DNA of 44,677 bases, from the NCBI GenBank assembly GCA_029762535.1, contig JARVGK010000024.1, positions 1 through 44,677 of the forward strand, in the 5' to 3' direction. The translations under genes were made by a program, and so were the position numbers. This document shows, piece after piece, positions 27,102 to 36,343 of the stretch. This DNA is from Thermoplasmatota archaeon (GTDB lineage Archaea > Thermoplasmatota > Penumbrarchaeia > Penumbrarchaeales > Penumbrarchaeaceae). Under the pieces are notes generated by a model that worked only from the letters and a program-made list of their open reading frames with translations, made no database searches and had not been told where the DNA came from. Position 1 is the stretch's first letter, and every line of letters starts with the position of its first letter.

Positions 27102-27887
27102 TCACTTTCCGTAACGTCTCTTTCTAAGCTGGTAGGACCTGACGGCCCTGAGGAACTCGAAGAACGTCAGGCCTGGCCAGTATATGTCGGTGAAATATAG
27201 CTCCGAATAGGCCAGCTGCCACAGGAGGAAGTTCGATATCCGCACCTCTCCAGATGTCCTTAGGACCAGGTCCGGGTCCGGGAACTGGGCGGTGTAGAGG
27301 TAATTCGATACGGTATTCTCATCTATCTGTTCGGGATCTATCCTGTGCTCCAGAGAGTCCTTGGCTATCCTCCTGATAGCGGTGATGAGCTCCTCCCTTC
27401 CCCCGTATGCAATGGCGAGGTTGAAGAAATATCGATCGTGATCCCTGGAAGAGGACTCCGCCTCCTCTATCGCCGCTCTGAGGGAGGCGCTGAGCATCTC
27501 CTTCTGCCCCAGGACCGTGACCTTTATCCTGTTCTTCTTGATCCTGTCGTCCCTTGCTATCTTTACGAAGTTCTCCTCGAAAAGGCCCATGAGGGTATCC
27601 ACCTCGGTCCTCGACCTCTTGAAGTTCTCGGTCGAGAACGCATATACGGTTAGGATCCTGATGCCGAGATCGACGCACCACTCCAGCACGTCCTCCAGCT
27701 TGTCCCGGCCCATGAGGTGTCCGTCTATCGAAGGGCGCCCCTCCTCCTCGGCGTATCTTCTGTTTCCATCCATGATTATCGCTACATGATCAGGTACGGG
27801 GTTTTGTAGGACGAGCGTCTTCAACCGCTCCTCCTTGGCCCTCCTCAGGCCTCTTGATATGGATTCGGATATATCGGGTAAGGTCAG
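27102..27887 (-). CDS. uppS: cis-prenyltransferase (polyprenyl diphosphate synthase)
   Basis: PDHVAIIMDGNRRYA, YAFSTENFKR, IAYGGREE, PDLVLRTSGEVRISNFLLWQ..YSE, RRYGK. Start uncertain (CTG 27887 or GTG 27959). Confidence 0.93.
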   Translation of the reverse strand: MTLPDISESISRGLRRAKEERLKTLVLQNPVPDHVAIIMDGNRRYAEEEGRPSIDGHLMGRDKLEDVLEWCVDLGIRILTVYAFSTENFKRSRTEVDTLMGLFEENFVKIARDDRIKKNRIKVTVLGQKEMLSASLRAAIEEAESSSRDHDRYFFNLAIAYGGREELITAIRRIAKDSLEHRIDPEQIDENTVSNYLYTAQFPDPDLVLRTSGEVRISNFLLWQLAYSELYFTDIYWPGLTFFEFLRAVRSYQLRKRRYGK

Positions 27888-27991
27888 TCCCCCTGATAAG
27901 AACAGACCGGTTAAGAATGACCAGACATATTGTTTTTTCTGAGGGTCCGGAGCCTGCACAGGATTAAATTACCGGAGGGGCATAACGAGGC

Positions 27992-29032
27992 ATGGACCCA
28001 TACCTCAAGGGTTTGAAGGTCATAGTAAGCGATGGGGGGATAGCATCCACCCTCATCAACAAGGGTTCCTTCGGAACGGCGGTCAAGGGCGGAGGTCTCA
28101 GTCTCGATATAGTGGAGGCCGCCTATCTGGTCGAGAACGACAGGATCAGGGTGAGAAATGGCAGAAAGGGCGATCTCCTGCGGTGGGAGGACATGCTCGA
28201 GATCGGGTCGGGACCCGATCCCGCTTCGCTCTTCAAGTACGTGGTCTACAGGGATCTCAGGAGCAGGGGCATGGTCGCGAGGCAGGGTGCCGACGGAAAT
28301 TATCTGTTCTATCCCAGAGGCACCAAGGGCATGAAGGCGAAGCCCTCGGGATGGGCCTCGGTCTTCCAGCAGGACGATGCCATATCCCCGAAGGACCTGC
28401 TCTCAAGGGTCATCGCCAATGACAACATGAGGATCAGGACGCTGTATGCGATCGTGGATTCCGATTATGACGTGACCTATTACATATGCCGGCGATCGGG
28501 ATTGTCCACTGAGGCAAGGTCCGAGGAAGGTAGTTTCGATGAGGCCGCATCGTCTTTGGGGCGGCCTGACATACGCCCCGTCGGAAGCACCGGGTCCATC
28601 GCATCAGGTAATGGGGCAACGGACCTGGGCAGGAGGCTCTCCATCGGGACCGAGGTTAAGGGATCCCTTCTTCTCTCCAGGGAGGAGGCGATGCTCCTCA
28701 GGGAGTTGTCCGGAGAAAGGCAGGATGATAAAGACCTGCGATACAGCGTGTTCAGGGACCTTACCATAAAAGGGCACCGGGTCCGCTCCGGGCTCAAATA
28801 CGGATGTCATTTCAGGGTCTATTCCGGACGATCCCCGAAGGAGCACAGCGCCTACCTGGTACAATGTATGGGATCCGATGCGGAAGCGTCCTGGGAGTGG
28901 CTCTCCAGGGCCATAAGGCTGTGCCATTCGGTCAGGAAGAGGATGATACTCGCGTTCCGCACAGGCCCCGTTTCGGATGAGAACGGCCTTTCGCCGATAC
29001 AATATCTGGAGATATCATGGCACAGGCCTTGA
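27992..29032 (+). CDS. endA: tRNA-splicing endonuclease, two-repeat (alpha2-type) architecture
   Basis: Two VxRDL..G repeats. The C-terminal repeat carries the catalytic triad: GLKYGCHFRVY (Tyr), EHSAYLV (His), HSVRKRM (Lys). Confidence 0.9.
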   Translation: MDPYLKGLKVIVSDGGIASTLINKGSFGTAVKGGGLSLDIVEAAYLVENDRIRVRNGRKGDLLRWEDMLEIGSGPDPASLFKYVVYRDLRSRGMVARQGADGNYLFYPRGTKGMKAKPSGWASVFQQDDAISPKDLLSRVIANDNMRIRTLYAIVDSDYDVTYYICRRSGLSTEARSEEGSFDEAASSLGRPDIRPVGSTGSIASGNGATDLGRRLSIGTEVKGSLLLSREEAMLLRELSGERQDDKDLRYSVFRDLTIKGHRVRSGLKYGCHFRVYSGRSPKEHSAYLVQCMGSDAEASWEWLSRAIRLCHSVRKRMILAFRTGPVSDENGLSPIQYLEISWHRP

Positions 29033-29061
29033 AAGGCCGGGGCATTGATCGAGGATCCGCT

Positions 29062-29445
29062 CTACGAGGGGACGAAACGGACGTACTGGAAATCGGAGTC
29101 CGACTTGAAATCGTTTATTATGCGGTTTATCTGTTGTGCGGGGCCCTTGATGAGAAAGACCTCAAGGCATTTCTCACTGCTCAGATGGGTGTGTATCTGG
29201 GTCGTGATGAACGCCTGGTTATCATGCCTCATTTTATCCAGGTTCGGCGCCTTGTGTGAATCGTGGACGATCACAAGGACGCCCTCGACCTCGCCGGACA
29301 GGCCCTCACGGCTCTTGATCTCGTCCTCCATGGACCTTATACAGGCCCTGATGGCCTCGGATCTGCCTTTCAGTCCCATTACGTCTATGAGCCTGTCAAG
29401 GGTCTCCATGTTCCTGTCGCTCAAGGATACGCTAACGACCGCCAT
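29062..29445 (-). CDS. NikR-family ribbon-helix-helix metalloregulator
   Basis: VVSVSL..RSEAIR RHH domain; C-domain RHD..TQIHTHLSSEKCLEVF retains the His/His/His/Cys ligand set. Confidence 0.88.
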   Translation of the reverse strand: MAVVSVSLSDRNMETLDRLIDVMGLKGRSEAIRACIRSMEDEIKSREGLSGEVEGVLVIVHDSHKAPNLDKMRHDNQAFITTQIHTHLSSEKCLEVFLIKGPAQQINRIINDFKSDSDFQYVRFVPS

Positions 29446-29477
29446 AAGGGATCACATCGGTCATTGATGTGCTCATA

Positions 29478-29505
29478 TGTTATTAAGATTGTCTTGTTAA
29501 TCAGA
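29478..29505. promoter_or_regulatory. Candidate operator, 28-bp imperfect inverted repeat in the divergent regulator/ABC promoter region
   Basis: TGTTATTAA-N10-TTAATCAGA (7/9 symmetric) in an AT-rich intergenic region. Confidence 0.4.
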
Positions 29506-29587
29506 TAAATATTATTAAAATCCCATTTGTTACATAGTAATATTTAATATATAATAGACCATATGTTCTTAAAAATGAGGTGCTAAC

Positions 29588-30562
29588 ATGAAAAGGAACA
29601 TCAAGATGATAGCTGTGCAGCTGCCTTTGGCGCTGGTATTGATATCTGCGTCGATCATGATCGCCGGATGTCTAAAGGACGGCTCAGAGGACGGACTCGA
29701 TACGGTTATCGTCACAATTCTCCCGCAGGCGGAGATGGTGCGCTCCATACTGGGAGAGAATGTGAACCTCATAGTGATGGTCCCGGCAGGTCAGAGCCCC
29801 CATGGCTATTCCCCAACCCCCGGACAGATGAAGGACGTGGCCAAGGGGGATATCTACTTCAAGGTCGGCTCGGGCATCGAGTTCGAGGTAACGAATCTTC
29901 CGACGATCATCGAGACCAATCCCAGGATGAAGGTCGTCGATCTGTCCGAGGGAATGGTCCTGAAAAGCTTTGATGAACATCATGGCGTCCATTCCAATGA
30001 TGACGAACACGATCACGATGAAGAGGATGACCATCACGAGGAAGAGGACGGCCACGATGATCACGATCACGAGGGCGGAGCGGATGCCCACGTATGGCTT
30101 TCTCCGAAGAACATGAGGATAATGGCCGGGAACGTTTACATGGCGGTGATCGAGGCCGACCCGGACAACGAGGACATTTACAAGGATAACTATGAAGCCT
30201 ATCTTCAGAGGCTCGATGATGCCATCTCCCATATCGAGGACAAACTCTCACCATACCAGGACCGGGAGTTCCTGGTCTATCATCCCGCATGGGGATACTT
30301 CGGGGATGATTTCGAATTAGTACAGCTCGCAGTGGAGAGCGAGGGCAAGAAACCCGGACCGCAGGGCGTGGCGGCGATAATCGACCAGGCGAAGGAACAT
30401 AACATATCCGTCGTCTTCGTGTCCCCACAGTTCGAGACATCGGCCGCAAACGAGATAGCCCAGAGCATAGGAGGCGAGGTGGTCCCCGTCGACCCACTGG
30501 CCGAGAACTACATCGACAACCTGAAGCATATCGCAGAGCAGATGGCCTTGGGTTTTGCATGA
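29588..30562 (+). CDS. znuA: Metal ABC transporter substrate-binding lipoprotein (ZnuA/TroA family) with His/acid-rich loop
   Basis: IAGC lipobox-like motif, SPHGYSP, His-rich loop, DAHVWLSP, VYHPAWGYF, VDPL. Confidence 0.9.
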   Translation: MKRNIKMIAVQLPLALVLISASIMIAGCLKDGSEDGLDTVIVTILPQAEMVRSILGENVNLIVMVPAGQSPHGYSPTPGQMKDVAKGDIYFKVGSGIEFEVTNLPTIIETNPRMKVVDLSEGMVLKSFDEHHGVHSNDDEHDHDEEDDHHEEEDGHDDHDHEGGADAHVWLSPKNMRIMAGNVYMAVIEADPDNEDIYKDNYEAYLQRLDDAISHIEDKLSPYQDREFLVYHPAWGYFGDDFELVQLAVESEGKKPGPQGVAAIIDQAKEHNISVVFVSPQFETSAANEIAQSIGGEVVPVDPLAENYIDNLKHIAEQMALGFA

Positions 30563-30600
30563 GGCGGAGTATTAACGATGGTGAAACAATTAATCAATAG

Positions 30601-30620
30601 GGTCGTGATTACTCATGACC
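30601..30620 (+). other. RNA hairpin between the substrate-binding gene and the ATPase gene
   Basis: GGTCGTGA-TTAC-TCATGACC, 8-bp stem with one G-U pair. Confidence 0.5.
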
Positions 30621-30631
30621 GATAAAGCGAA

Positions 30632-31408
30632 GTGATATCGTTGAAGGGTGATGTTGCTCTGGATATCAGGGGTCTGAGCGCGGGTTACGATGGCGAGCTG
30701 ATCATCGAGAACATCGACCTGCGCGTCCAGGAGGGGGATTTCCTGGGGATCATCGGCCCAAACGGCGGAGGCAAATCAACTCTTCTGAAAGCGATCCTCG
30801 GGCTCATCGAACCGATGAAGGGCGACATCCGAATATACGGCGATCCACCCCAGAAGGGTAGGAGATACCTGGGATACGTCCCGCAGTATACCGTTTTCGA
30901 CAGGGATTTCCCCATAACCGTCCAGAACGTCGTGATGATGGGCAGGAGAAGGATGAAGGGGATCAGACCCTGGTATTCTATGTCGGATAAGGATGCCGTC
31001 AAGAAGGCCCTGACGGACGTGGGAATGTGGGAACACAGGAGGAAGCACATTGGCCAGCTCTCGGGCGGCCAGAAGCAGAGGGTCTACATCGCAAGAGCTC
31101 TGGCCTCCCAGCCGAAGATACTGCTGCTGGACGAGCCTACCGCCTCTGTCGATGCGAAGGTGGAGGATTCCATCTACAAGCTGCTGACGGAGCTGAACCG
31201 GGAGATGACCATAGTCCTGGTCACCCATGACATAGGCATAATATCGTCGCACGTTAGCAACGTCGCGTGCATGAACCGACACATATTCAAAGGGGACGGA
31301 AAGGAGCTGACGGAGGAGATGCTACAGGAGAGCTATCAATGCCCTGTCGACCTGATAGCACACGGATTGCCCCACAGGGTGCTGCCACCTCACGAAAAGC
31401 ATGATTGA
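30632..31408 (+). CDS. znuC: Metal ABC transporter ATP-binding protein
   Basis: GPNGGGKST, LSGGQKQR, LLLDEPT, VTHD, C-terminal His/Cys tail. Confidence 0.92.
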   Translation: MISLKGDVALDIRGLSAGYDGELIIENIDLRVQEGDFLGIIGPNGGGKSTLLKAILGLIEPMKGDIRIYGDPPQKGRRYLGYVPQYTVFDRDFPITVQNVVMMGRRRMKGIRPWYSMSDKDAVKKALTDVGMWEHRRKHIGQLSGGQKQRVYIARALASQPKILLLDEPTASVDAKVEDSIYKLLTELNREMTIVLVTHDIGIISSHVSNVACMNRHIFKGDGKELTEEMLQESYQCPVDLIAHGLPHRVLPPHEKHD

Positions 31409-32306
31409 CGGTCATAACATGTTGGAGTTCATAGATTATCTGCAACTGCCCTTCGTCCAGAGGATGATAATAGCAGGTTTGCTCTCAGCCCTCGCATGCG
31501 GGGTGATCGGAACCATCGTCGTGGTCCGAAGGAACGTTTTCATAGCGGGGGGGATCTCGCACACGGCCTTCGGCGGAATAGGAATGGCATATTATCTCCA
31601 GGATATGGGATACGCATGGTTCGATCCTATGCTGGGCGCGGTACTGGTGACGACCGGGGCCGCACTACTTTTGGGCTTCGAGCCCGTGAGGAAGAGGTTC
31701 AGGGAGGATTCGACCATCGGTGTGTTGTGGGTCATAGGCATGGCAGCGGGGATACTGTTCCACAACATGGTGAACTGGAACAACGTGACGTACGTCTCCC
31801 CTGAATCGATACTATTCGGGGATATACTCCTCATAAACGCTTTGCACCTTCGGATCATGGCCGCTCTACTATTGCTCATATACTCTTTCACGTTGTTCTT
31901 CTTCAAGGACATCGAGGCCGCATGCTTCGATGAGGAGTTCGCCAGGATCAGCGGGGTCAGGGTCTCACTGCTGAACACCGCCCTGCTTGTGCTTATCGCG
32001 CTCACGGTGACGATACTCGTCAAGGTAGCGGGGGTGGTCCTGGTCCTTGCGATGCTTACGATCCCCGCGGCGATCACCAACCTCTTCACGAAGAGGCTAT
32101 CGACGATGATGATCGGGGCGACCGTCACAGGGATCGCCTCGACCCTTCTTGGCATCATACTGTCGATCGAGCTGGACCTGCCTCCTGGGGCAGTGATCGT
32201 CATCCTTATGGGTGTACTCTTCCTGCTGTCCCTTTCAGGGCGTTCGGTTTATTATAGAATGAGAACGATGCTCCAGGGCAACTCATCCGCGGCTGCCAAG
32301 GAGTGA
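31401..32306 (+). CDS. znuB: Metal ABC transporter permease
   Basis: GISHTAFGG, ILFGDIL, FDEEFARISG, LTIPAA, DLPPGAVIV. Confidence 0.92.
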   Translation: MIDGHNMLEFIDYLQLPFVQRMIIAGLLSALACGVIGTIVVVRRNVFIAGGISHTAFGGIGMAYYLQDMGYAWFDPMLGAVLVTTGAALLLGFEPVRKRFREDSTIGVLWVIGMAAGILFHNMVNWNNVTYVSPESILFGDILLINALHLRIMAALLLLIYSFTLFFFKDIEAACFDEEFARISGVRVSLLNTALLVLIALTVTILVKVAGVVLVLAMLTIPAAITNLFTKRLSTMMIGATVTGIASTLLGIILSIELDLPPGAVIVILMGVLFLLSLSGRSVYYRMRTMLQGNSSAAAKE

Positions 32307-32597
32307 ATGGAAATGATCAAAACGGAAAAGGTCTCTGGATCGGACAAGGGCAAGGTGATGCTGTATGCTATCAGCACATGCATTTGGTGCAAGAGGACCA
32401 AGGAATACCTCAACAGCCTCGGAGTGGCCTACGAGTACATCTTCGTGGACCAGCTCAGCAGGGAGGACAGAAGCAAGGTCGAGAAGGATGTGGAGGTATG
32501 GAACCCACGATGCTCCTTCCCCACACTCGTCGTCAACGACAGCAAATGCGTCGTCGGCTTCAAGGAGGATGAGATCAAGGAGGCTTTAGGCATATGA
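32307..32597 (+). CDS. Glutaredoxin/NrdH-like redoxin (methanoredoxin-like)
   Basis: [13 protein letters not shown] (CxxC), SFPT (cis-Pro), VVGF. Confidence 0.9.
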   Translation: MEMIKTEKVSGSDKGKVMLYAISTCIWCKRTKEYLNSLGVAYEYIFVDQLSREDRSKVEKDVEVWNPRCSFPTLVVNDSKCVVGFKEDEIKEALGI

Positions 32598-33103
32598 GCT
32601 CTTCCGAACCCTCGGATGAGGAGGTACGGCGCCTCTTCGAGCGCCTCGACCGCGAGGCCGAATCCGGAGGATATCATCTGAATCCCGACCGAGAATTCAC
32701 CATGGACCTCGTCAGAAGCCTGCTTATCAACGAGGAGAGATACGGCTACTGGGCATGCCCCTGCAGGCTTGCCGACGGGGTCAAAGAGAAGGACCTGGAC
32801 ATCATCTGCCCCTGCGATTACAGGGATCCGGACCTCGCGGAATGGGGAGCATGCTATTGCGCTCTGTATGTCGACGACGCTATCAAGGCCGGCGAGAAGA
32901 AGGCGGAGCCGATACCCGAGAGGCGCCCAAGGGAGAAGGACAGGGTGAAGAGGGAAATGGAACCCGTTCAGGGATCCGTCGGGTCCCTGAAATATCCGGT
33001 ATGGCGCTGCACGGTATGCGGCTATCTAGCGGCAAGGCCAGAACCACCTCTCGTATGCCCTGTGTGCAAGGCCAAGAAGGACCGCTTCGAGAGGTTCATC
33101 TGA
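32594..33103 (+). CDS. Ferredoxin:thioredoxin reductase catalytic domain fused to a C-terminal rubredoxin-like domain (ferredoxin:disulfide reductase type)
   Basis: CPCR, ICPC and CYC cluster/disulfide motifs; CTVCG..CPVC rubredoxin knuckles; ATGA overlap with the redoxin. Confidence 0.92.
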   Translation: MSSSEPSDEEVRRLFERLDREAESGGYHLNPDREFTMDLVRSLLINEERYGYWACPCRLADGVKEKDLDIICPCDYRDPDLAEWGACYCALYVDDAIKAGEKKAEPIPERRPREKDRVKREMEPVQGSVGSLKYPVWRCTVCGYLAARPEPPLVCPVCKAKKDRFERFI

Positions 33104-33164
33104 ACAGCAGGTGCTATCATATACTCCAAATCATCATCGATCATATTTGATATTATCTTCATTT

Positions 33165-33201
33165 AAAAAAAAAAGGGGAGGTCCCCTATCTGGGCCTCCC
33201 C
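33165..33201 (-). terminator. Hairpin plus T10 intrinsic terminator for the PKD/CARDB gene
   Basis: GGGGAGG(T)CCC..GGGCCTCCCC stem at 33175-33201, adjacent to an A10 run (T10 on the minus strand), 26 nt past the stop. Confidence 0.75.
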
Positions 33202-33227
33202 CGTTGTCTTTATCCTTTCGTGGTGGA

Positions 33228-36110
33228 TCAATCCTTCTTCCTCTTGTTCCACCATTCAACGATTACCTCGTATCCCCACTCGTTCCTGGTCACCTTCATG
33301 AACACCACGTAGACGACCACGAGAACTGCAAGGGCGATCAGGAACCACCACCACTGAAGGATCGGGTCTGCGTCCAGGATCTTCACCGTTGTCTTGAAGT
33401 CGTTGGGCTCCTCGACCTCCTCCTTTACATCATCGTTGACATCGACGATGACCTGGAACTCCCTGTTCCCGGCCTTGGGCAGTGTATAGGTGAAGTTGTA
33501 GAAATATGTCTCCTTCGAGGCGATGGAGACATCTATCAACTTCTCCCTCACTACCTTCCCGTCCACCAGCACCTGTATGGTCCAGTTGGCAGGAGCATCT
33601 ACATTCCCGTTGTTTATGATGGGGATGGATATCTTGGTCTTCTTCTTCTCCCGAAGGCTGTTGATATCAGGGTCCCTGAACTCGATGTTCCTGACCTCCA
33701 GGTCAGGTCCCTGCACCCTTATGGGTTTGTTTACCCAGCCCATGAGGCCGTTCTCATCGGTCACGGTCAGGTTGATCATGTAGTCGCCGGGGATCATGAA
33801 CCTGTACTTCATGATCATTCCGTAAACGGTCACGTTCTCTTCTGTCTCCTTGTCCACCCACCACCAGGTGTAGTTCGCCAGCTCCTCAATGTTCCCTGAT
33901 GTCCTGGGATCGTATGACTGGCTTCCGTTGAGTGTGACCTCAGAACCCATGAGCGGATCCTCCGTCAGGGGTTTGATAACGGCCATCGGTTTGGTGGTGT
34001 CCTTCACGGTGATCGAAGTGACGTTCTCCAGAAGCTTCTCGTTCTGCACGGCATCTATCAGCTTCAGGCTGATGTTGTAGGTGCCGGGATCCGTGAACCT
34101 GTATTTCACGACCATGCCGTTAACAGGAGCCGTGTCCATACCGAAGGTCCAAACGTAGTTGGTGATGACGCTGTTGTCCGTAGCTGAAGAGGCGTTGAAC
34201 TCGAGTTCCACATCCTCTTCGACCTCGTAAGGCATCTCCATGGTCGTGTTCGAATCTACCTTCTTGACGGTGAACTCGGTCATTGTCGGAGGCATTCCGT
34301 CGGGCTTGATATGGACCCAATCGGCCTCTGACACCAATCCGGAGGAGTCGGTCACTTTCAGGGTGACGTTGTGATAGTCATTGGAGTTCTTCTTGAACTG
34401 CAATGTGACCTGATCGGCCTCATCCTCGGATGTGCCGGTCAGATTGCCCTTTACTACCTCGTAATCCGCCGCGGGCAGGGGGATCGTCCACTCGTAGCTC
34501 TCCACCTTGCCGACAGGGTCTGTGGACCCCTTGCCGGAGAGGGTGACGTTCTTGTCGAGGGAGACGACGTAGGTCTTGTCCTCCGCCCTGTAGAACTCGA
34601 AAGCGTTGCTGAAGGATATGACCGCCGTGGGGCCCTTCTCCTTCTTCGCGTTGAACTCAAGTGGATTCTTTACGAGTATCATGTTCGTCATTTCCATATA
34701 GGGGAACTCGGCATTATCTCCGAAGTCGCCCAGTATCTCGTAGTTCTCCGGGACCTTTATGATGACATGCTCTCCCGGCAGGAGGGCGAGGACCTCGACC
34801 CTGAGATTGTCGCCGTCGTTGAAGACGATCTCGCTATCGTATCCCTGGTGGGATGTGACGGTGGGATTCGCCACATCGAAGACGCTGCCCTGGAAACCAT
34901 CCGTTTCCACAGAGTAATCGCCGGAGGCGGTGTAGTGCTTTCCGTTGACAAGAATGAAGTCCTTCGTGACCTCCCATGCGGGCCCGTAGCCTTCCATGAC
35001 ATCGTCCACCATTTCGGCCTCGGACGCGTCCACGGTAAGCCAATCGCTGGAGTAGAACATGCCCGAGATCTGCATCCTGGGGGTTCCGAACGTGTTCTCG
35101 AAACCAAAGACCCTTGAGTTCGCATCCAGGGTCCACTCGGTCGTTATCGTGGGGTTCTTGATCCCGTCCTCGCCGGTCATATCGACGGTGGTGACCTTCT
35201 CCTCGGGATGTTCGATGGGTGTCATGTCGAACACCTCGTTATCGGGTGCCCAGAAGAAGGGAGCCATCGACAGATCGATCGAAGGAGCCCAGAAAGGCTC
35301 GTATCCCTTGGCCTCGACCAGCATCCTGAATGACGAATTGTATAGCGGCACCGACACGGACCCGTCCATTGTCCTGTCGAAGGGCACGATGTGCCCGTTG
35401 ATGGAGTCCCATATCTTTACGGTCACATCGGGTATGAACTTATCTCCCTCCCTTACGAAACCGAGCGCCCTGTAGGACCCTCGCTTTCCAGAAGGCTGAT
35501 TTTCGAGCTCGGCATGGTGGATCGCCTCGAGGGATGAGTTGATCTCGACGTTGACCGAGTATGTGAGCATTCCAGGATGGAATATGACCACGTGGATCTC
35601 CTCCTCGGGGCAGGTGAAGTTGGCCCAGCCGATCTCGTCGGACATGGCCATCTTATGGAAATCCTCACCAGCGAAGATATGGACGGAAGCGCCCTCGACG
35701 GGCATCATATTGTCCATGACCATTATGTGCAGCCTTGCAACATTGTCCATCATGGTCAGTGTAATAGGATAGACCGAAGAGGACCTCTCCTCGTTGAGCT
35801 TGTTCACCATTCGCGAGCTGGTCTGGTAGCCGGACATGCTTGCGAACACTTCATAGGTTCCCGGGGGCACGATGGCCATATAGTAGCCCCTTCCCTCGTC
35901 AAGATAAAGATCGTACGAGTTTCCCGAATGGACGTTGATCGCATGGACGGAAGCTCCGACTATAGGATCCTTGACCTCATCTATCACGGTCACCCTAAGG
36001 GTCACCCCGCTCTCTTCCGCGGACCCTGCCGACATCATGAGTATGACCGGCAGGACCAGGATGAGAAGGGTCATCATTCCCCACATCTTTCCGCTTGAGC
36101 TCTTCGACAT
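33228..36110 (-). CDS. Large surface protein with carboxypeptidase-regulatory-like Ig domains, three PKD domains, CARDB and C-terminal TM
   Basis: Signal peptide, VPPGTYEVFASMSGY, YVWTFG..FTDPGTYNISL, GPDLEV..NNGNVDA..VDVNDDVKEEVEEPND, TM WWWFLIALAVLVVVYVVF. SD GGAGG favours ATG 36110. Confidence 0.87.
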   Translation of the reverse strand: MSKSSSGKMWGMMTLLILVLPVILMMSAGSAEESGVTLRVTVIDEVKDPIVGASVHAINVHSGNSYDLYLDEGRGYYMAIVPPGTYEVFASMSGYQTSSRMVNKLNEERSSSVYPITLTMMDNVARLHIMVMDNMMPVEGASVHIFAGEDFHKMAMSDEIGWANFTCPEEEIHVVIFHPGMLTYSVNVEINSSLEAIHHAELENQPSGKRGSYRALGFVREGDKFIPDVTVKIWDSINGHIVPFDRTMDGSVSVPLYNSSFRMLVEAKGYEPFWAPSIDLSMAPFFWAPDNEVFDMTPIEHPEEKVTTVDMTGEDGIKNPTITTEWTLDANSRVFGFENTFGTPRMQISGMFYSSDWLTVDASEAEMVDDVMEGYGPAWEVTKDFILVNGKHYTASGDYSVETDGFQGSVFDVANPTVTSHQGYDSEIVFNDGDNLRVEVLALLPGEHVIIKVPENYEILGDFGDNAEFPYMEMTNMILVKNPLEFNAKKEKGPTAVISFSNAFEFYRAEDKTYVVSLDKNVTLSGKGSTDPVGKVESYEWTIPLPAADYEVVKGNLTGTSEDEADQVTLQFKKNSNDYHNVTLKVTDSSGLVSEADWVHIKPDGMPPTMTEFTVKKVDSNTTMEMPYEVEEDVELEFNASSATDNSVITNYVWTFGMDTAPVNGMVVKYRFTDPGTYNISLKLIDAVQNEKLLENVTSITVKDTTKPMAVIKPLTEDPLMGSEVTLNGSQSYDPRTSGNIEELANYTWWWVDKETEENVTVYGMIMKYRFMIPGDYMINLTVTDENGLMGWVNKPIRVQGPDLEVRNIEFRDPDINSLREKKKTKISIPIINNGNVDAPANWTIQVLVDGKVVREKLIDVSIASKETYFYNFTYTLPKAGNREFQVIVDVNDDVKEEVEEPNDFKTTVKILDADPILQWWWFLIALAVLVVVYVVFMKVTRNEWGYEVIVEWWNKRKKD

Positions 36111-36343
36111 CAACTTTCCTCCATTTTTCATACGTCCATTCATACCAGCCACTGGCCGGTTTTGACCCATTATTACCTTTTCTTATTTAATTGTTCCCGA
36201 CCCCCAAGTAGAAGGACAGGTCCCTGTTCGAATGATAATGGGACGCCCCCTCTAACCCATTTAGTTATATAAAACCGACTATGCGTTGGAACAGCTCTTC
36301 AAGGGGCCGGCAGGTATCTGTGCGGATCCCGTTAGCGATACAT

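Noticed and set aside
29972-30072. GAY/CAY/GAR-rich repetitive DNA resembling a tandem repeat
   Set aside because: It encodes the known His/Asp/Glu-rich loop of ZnuA-type proteins
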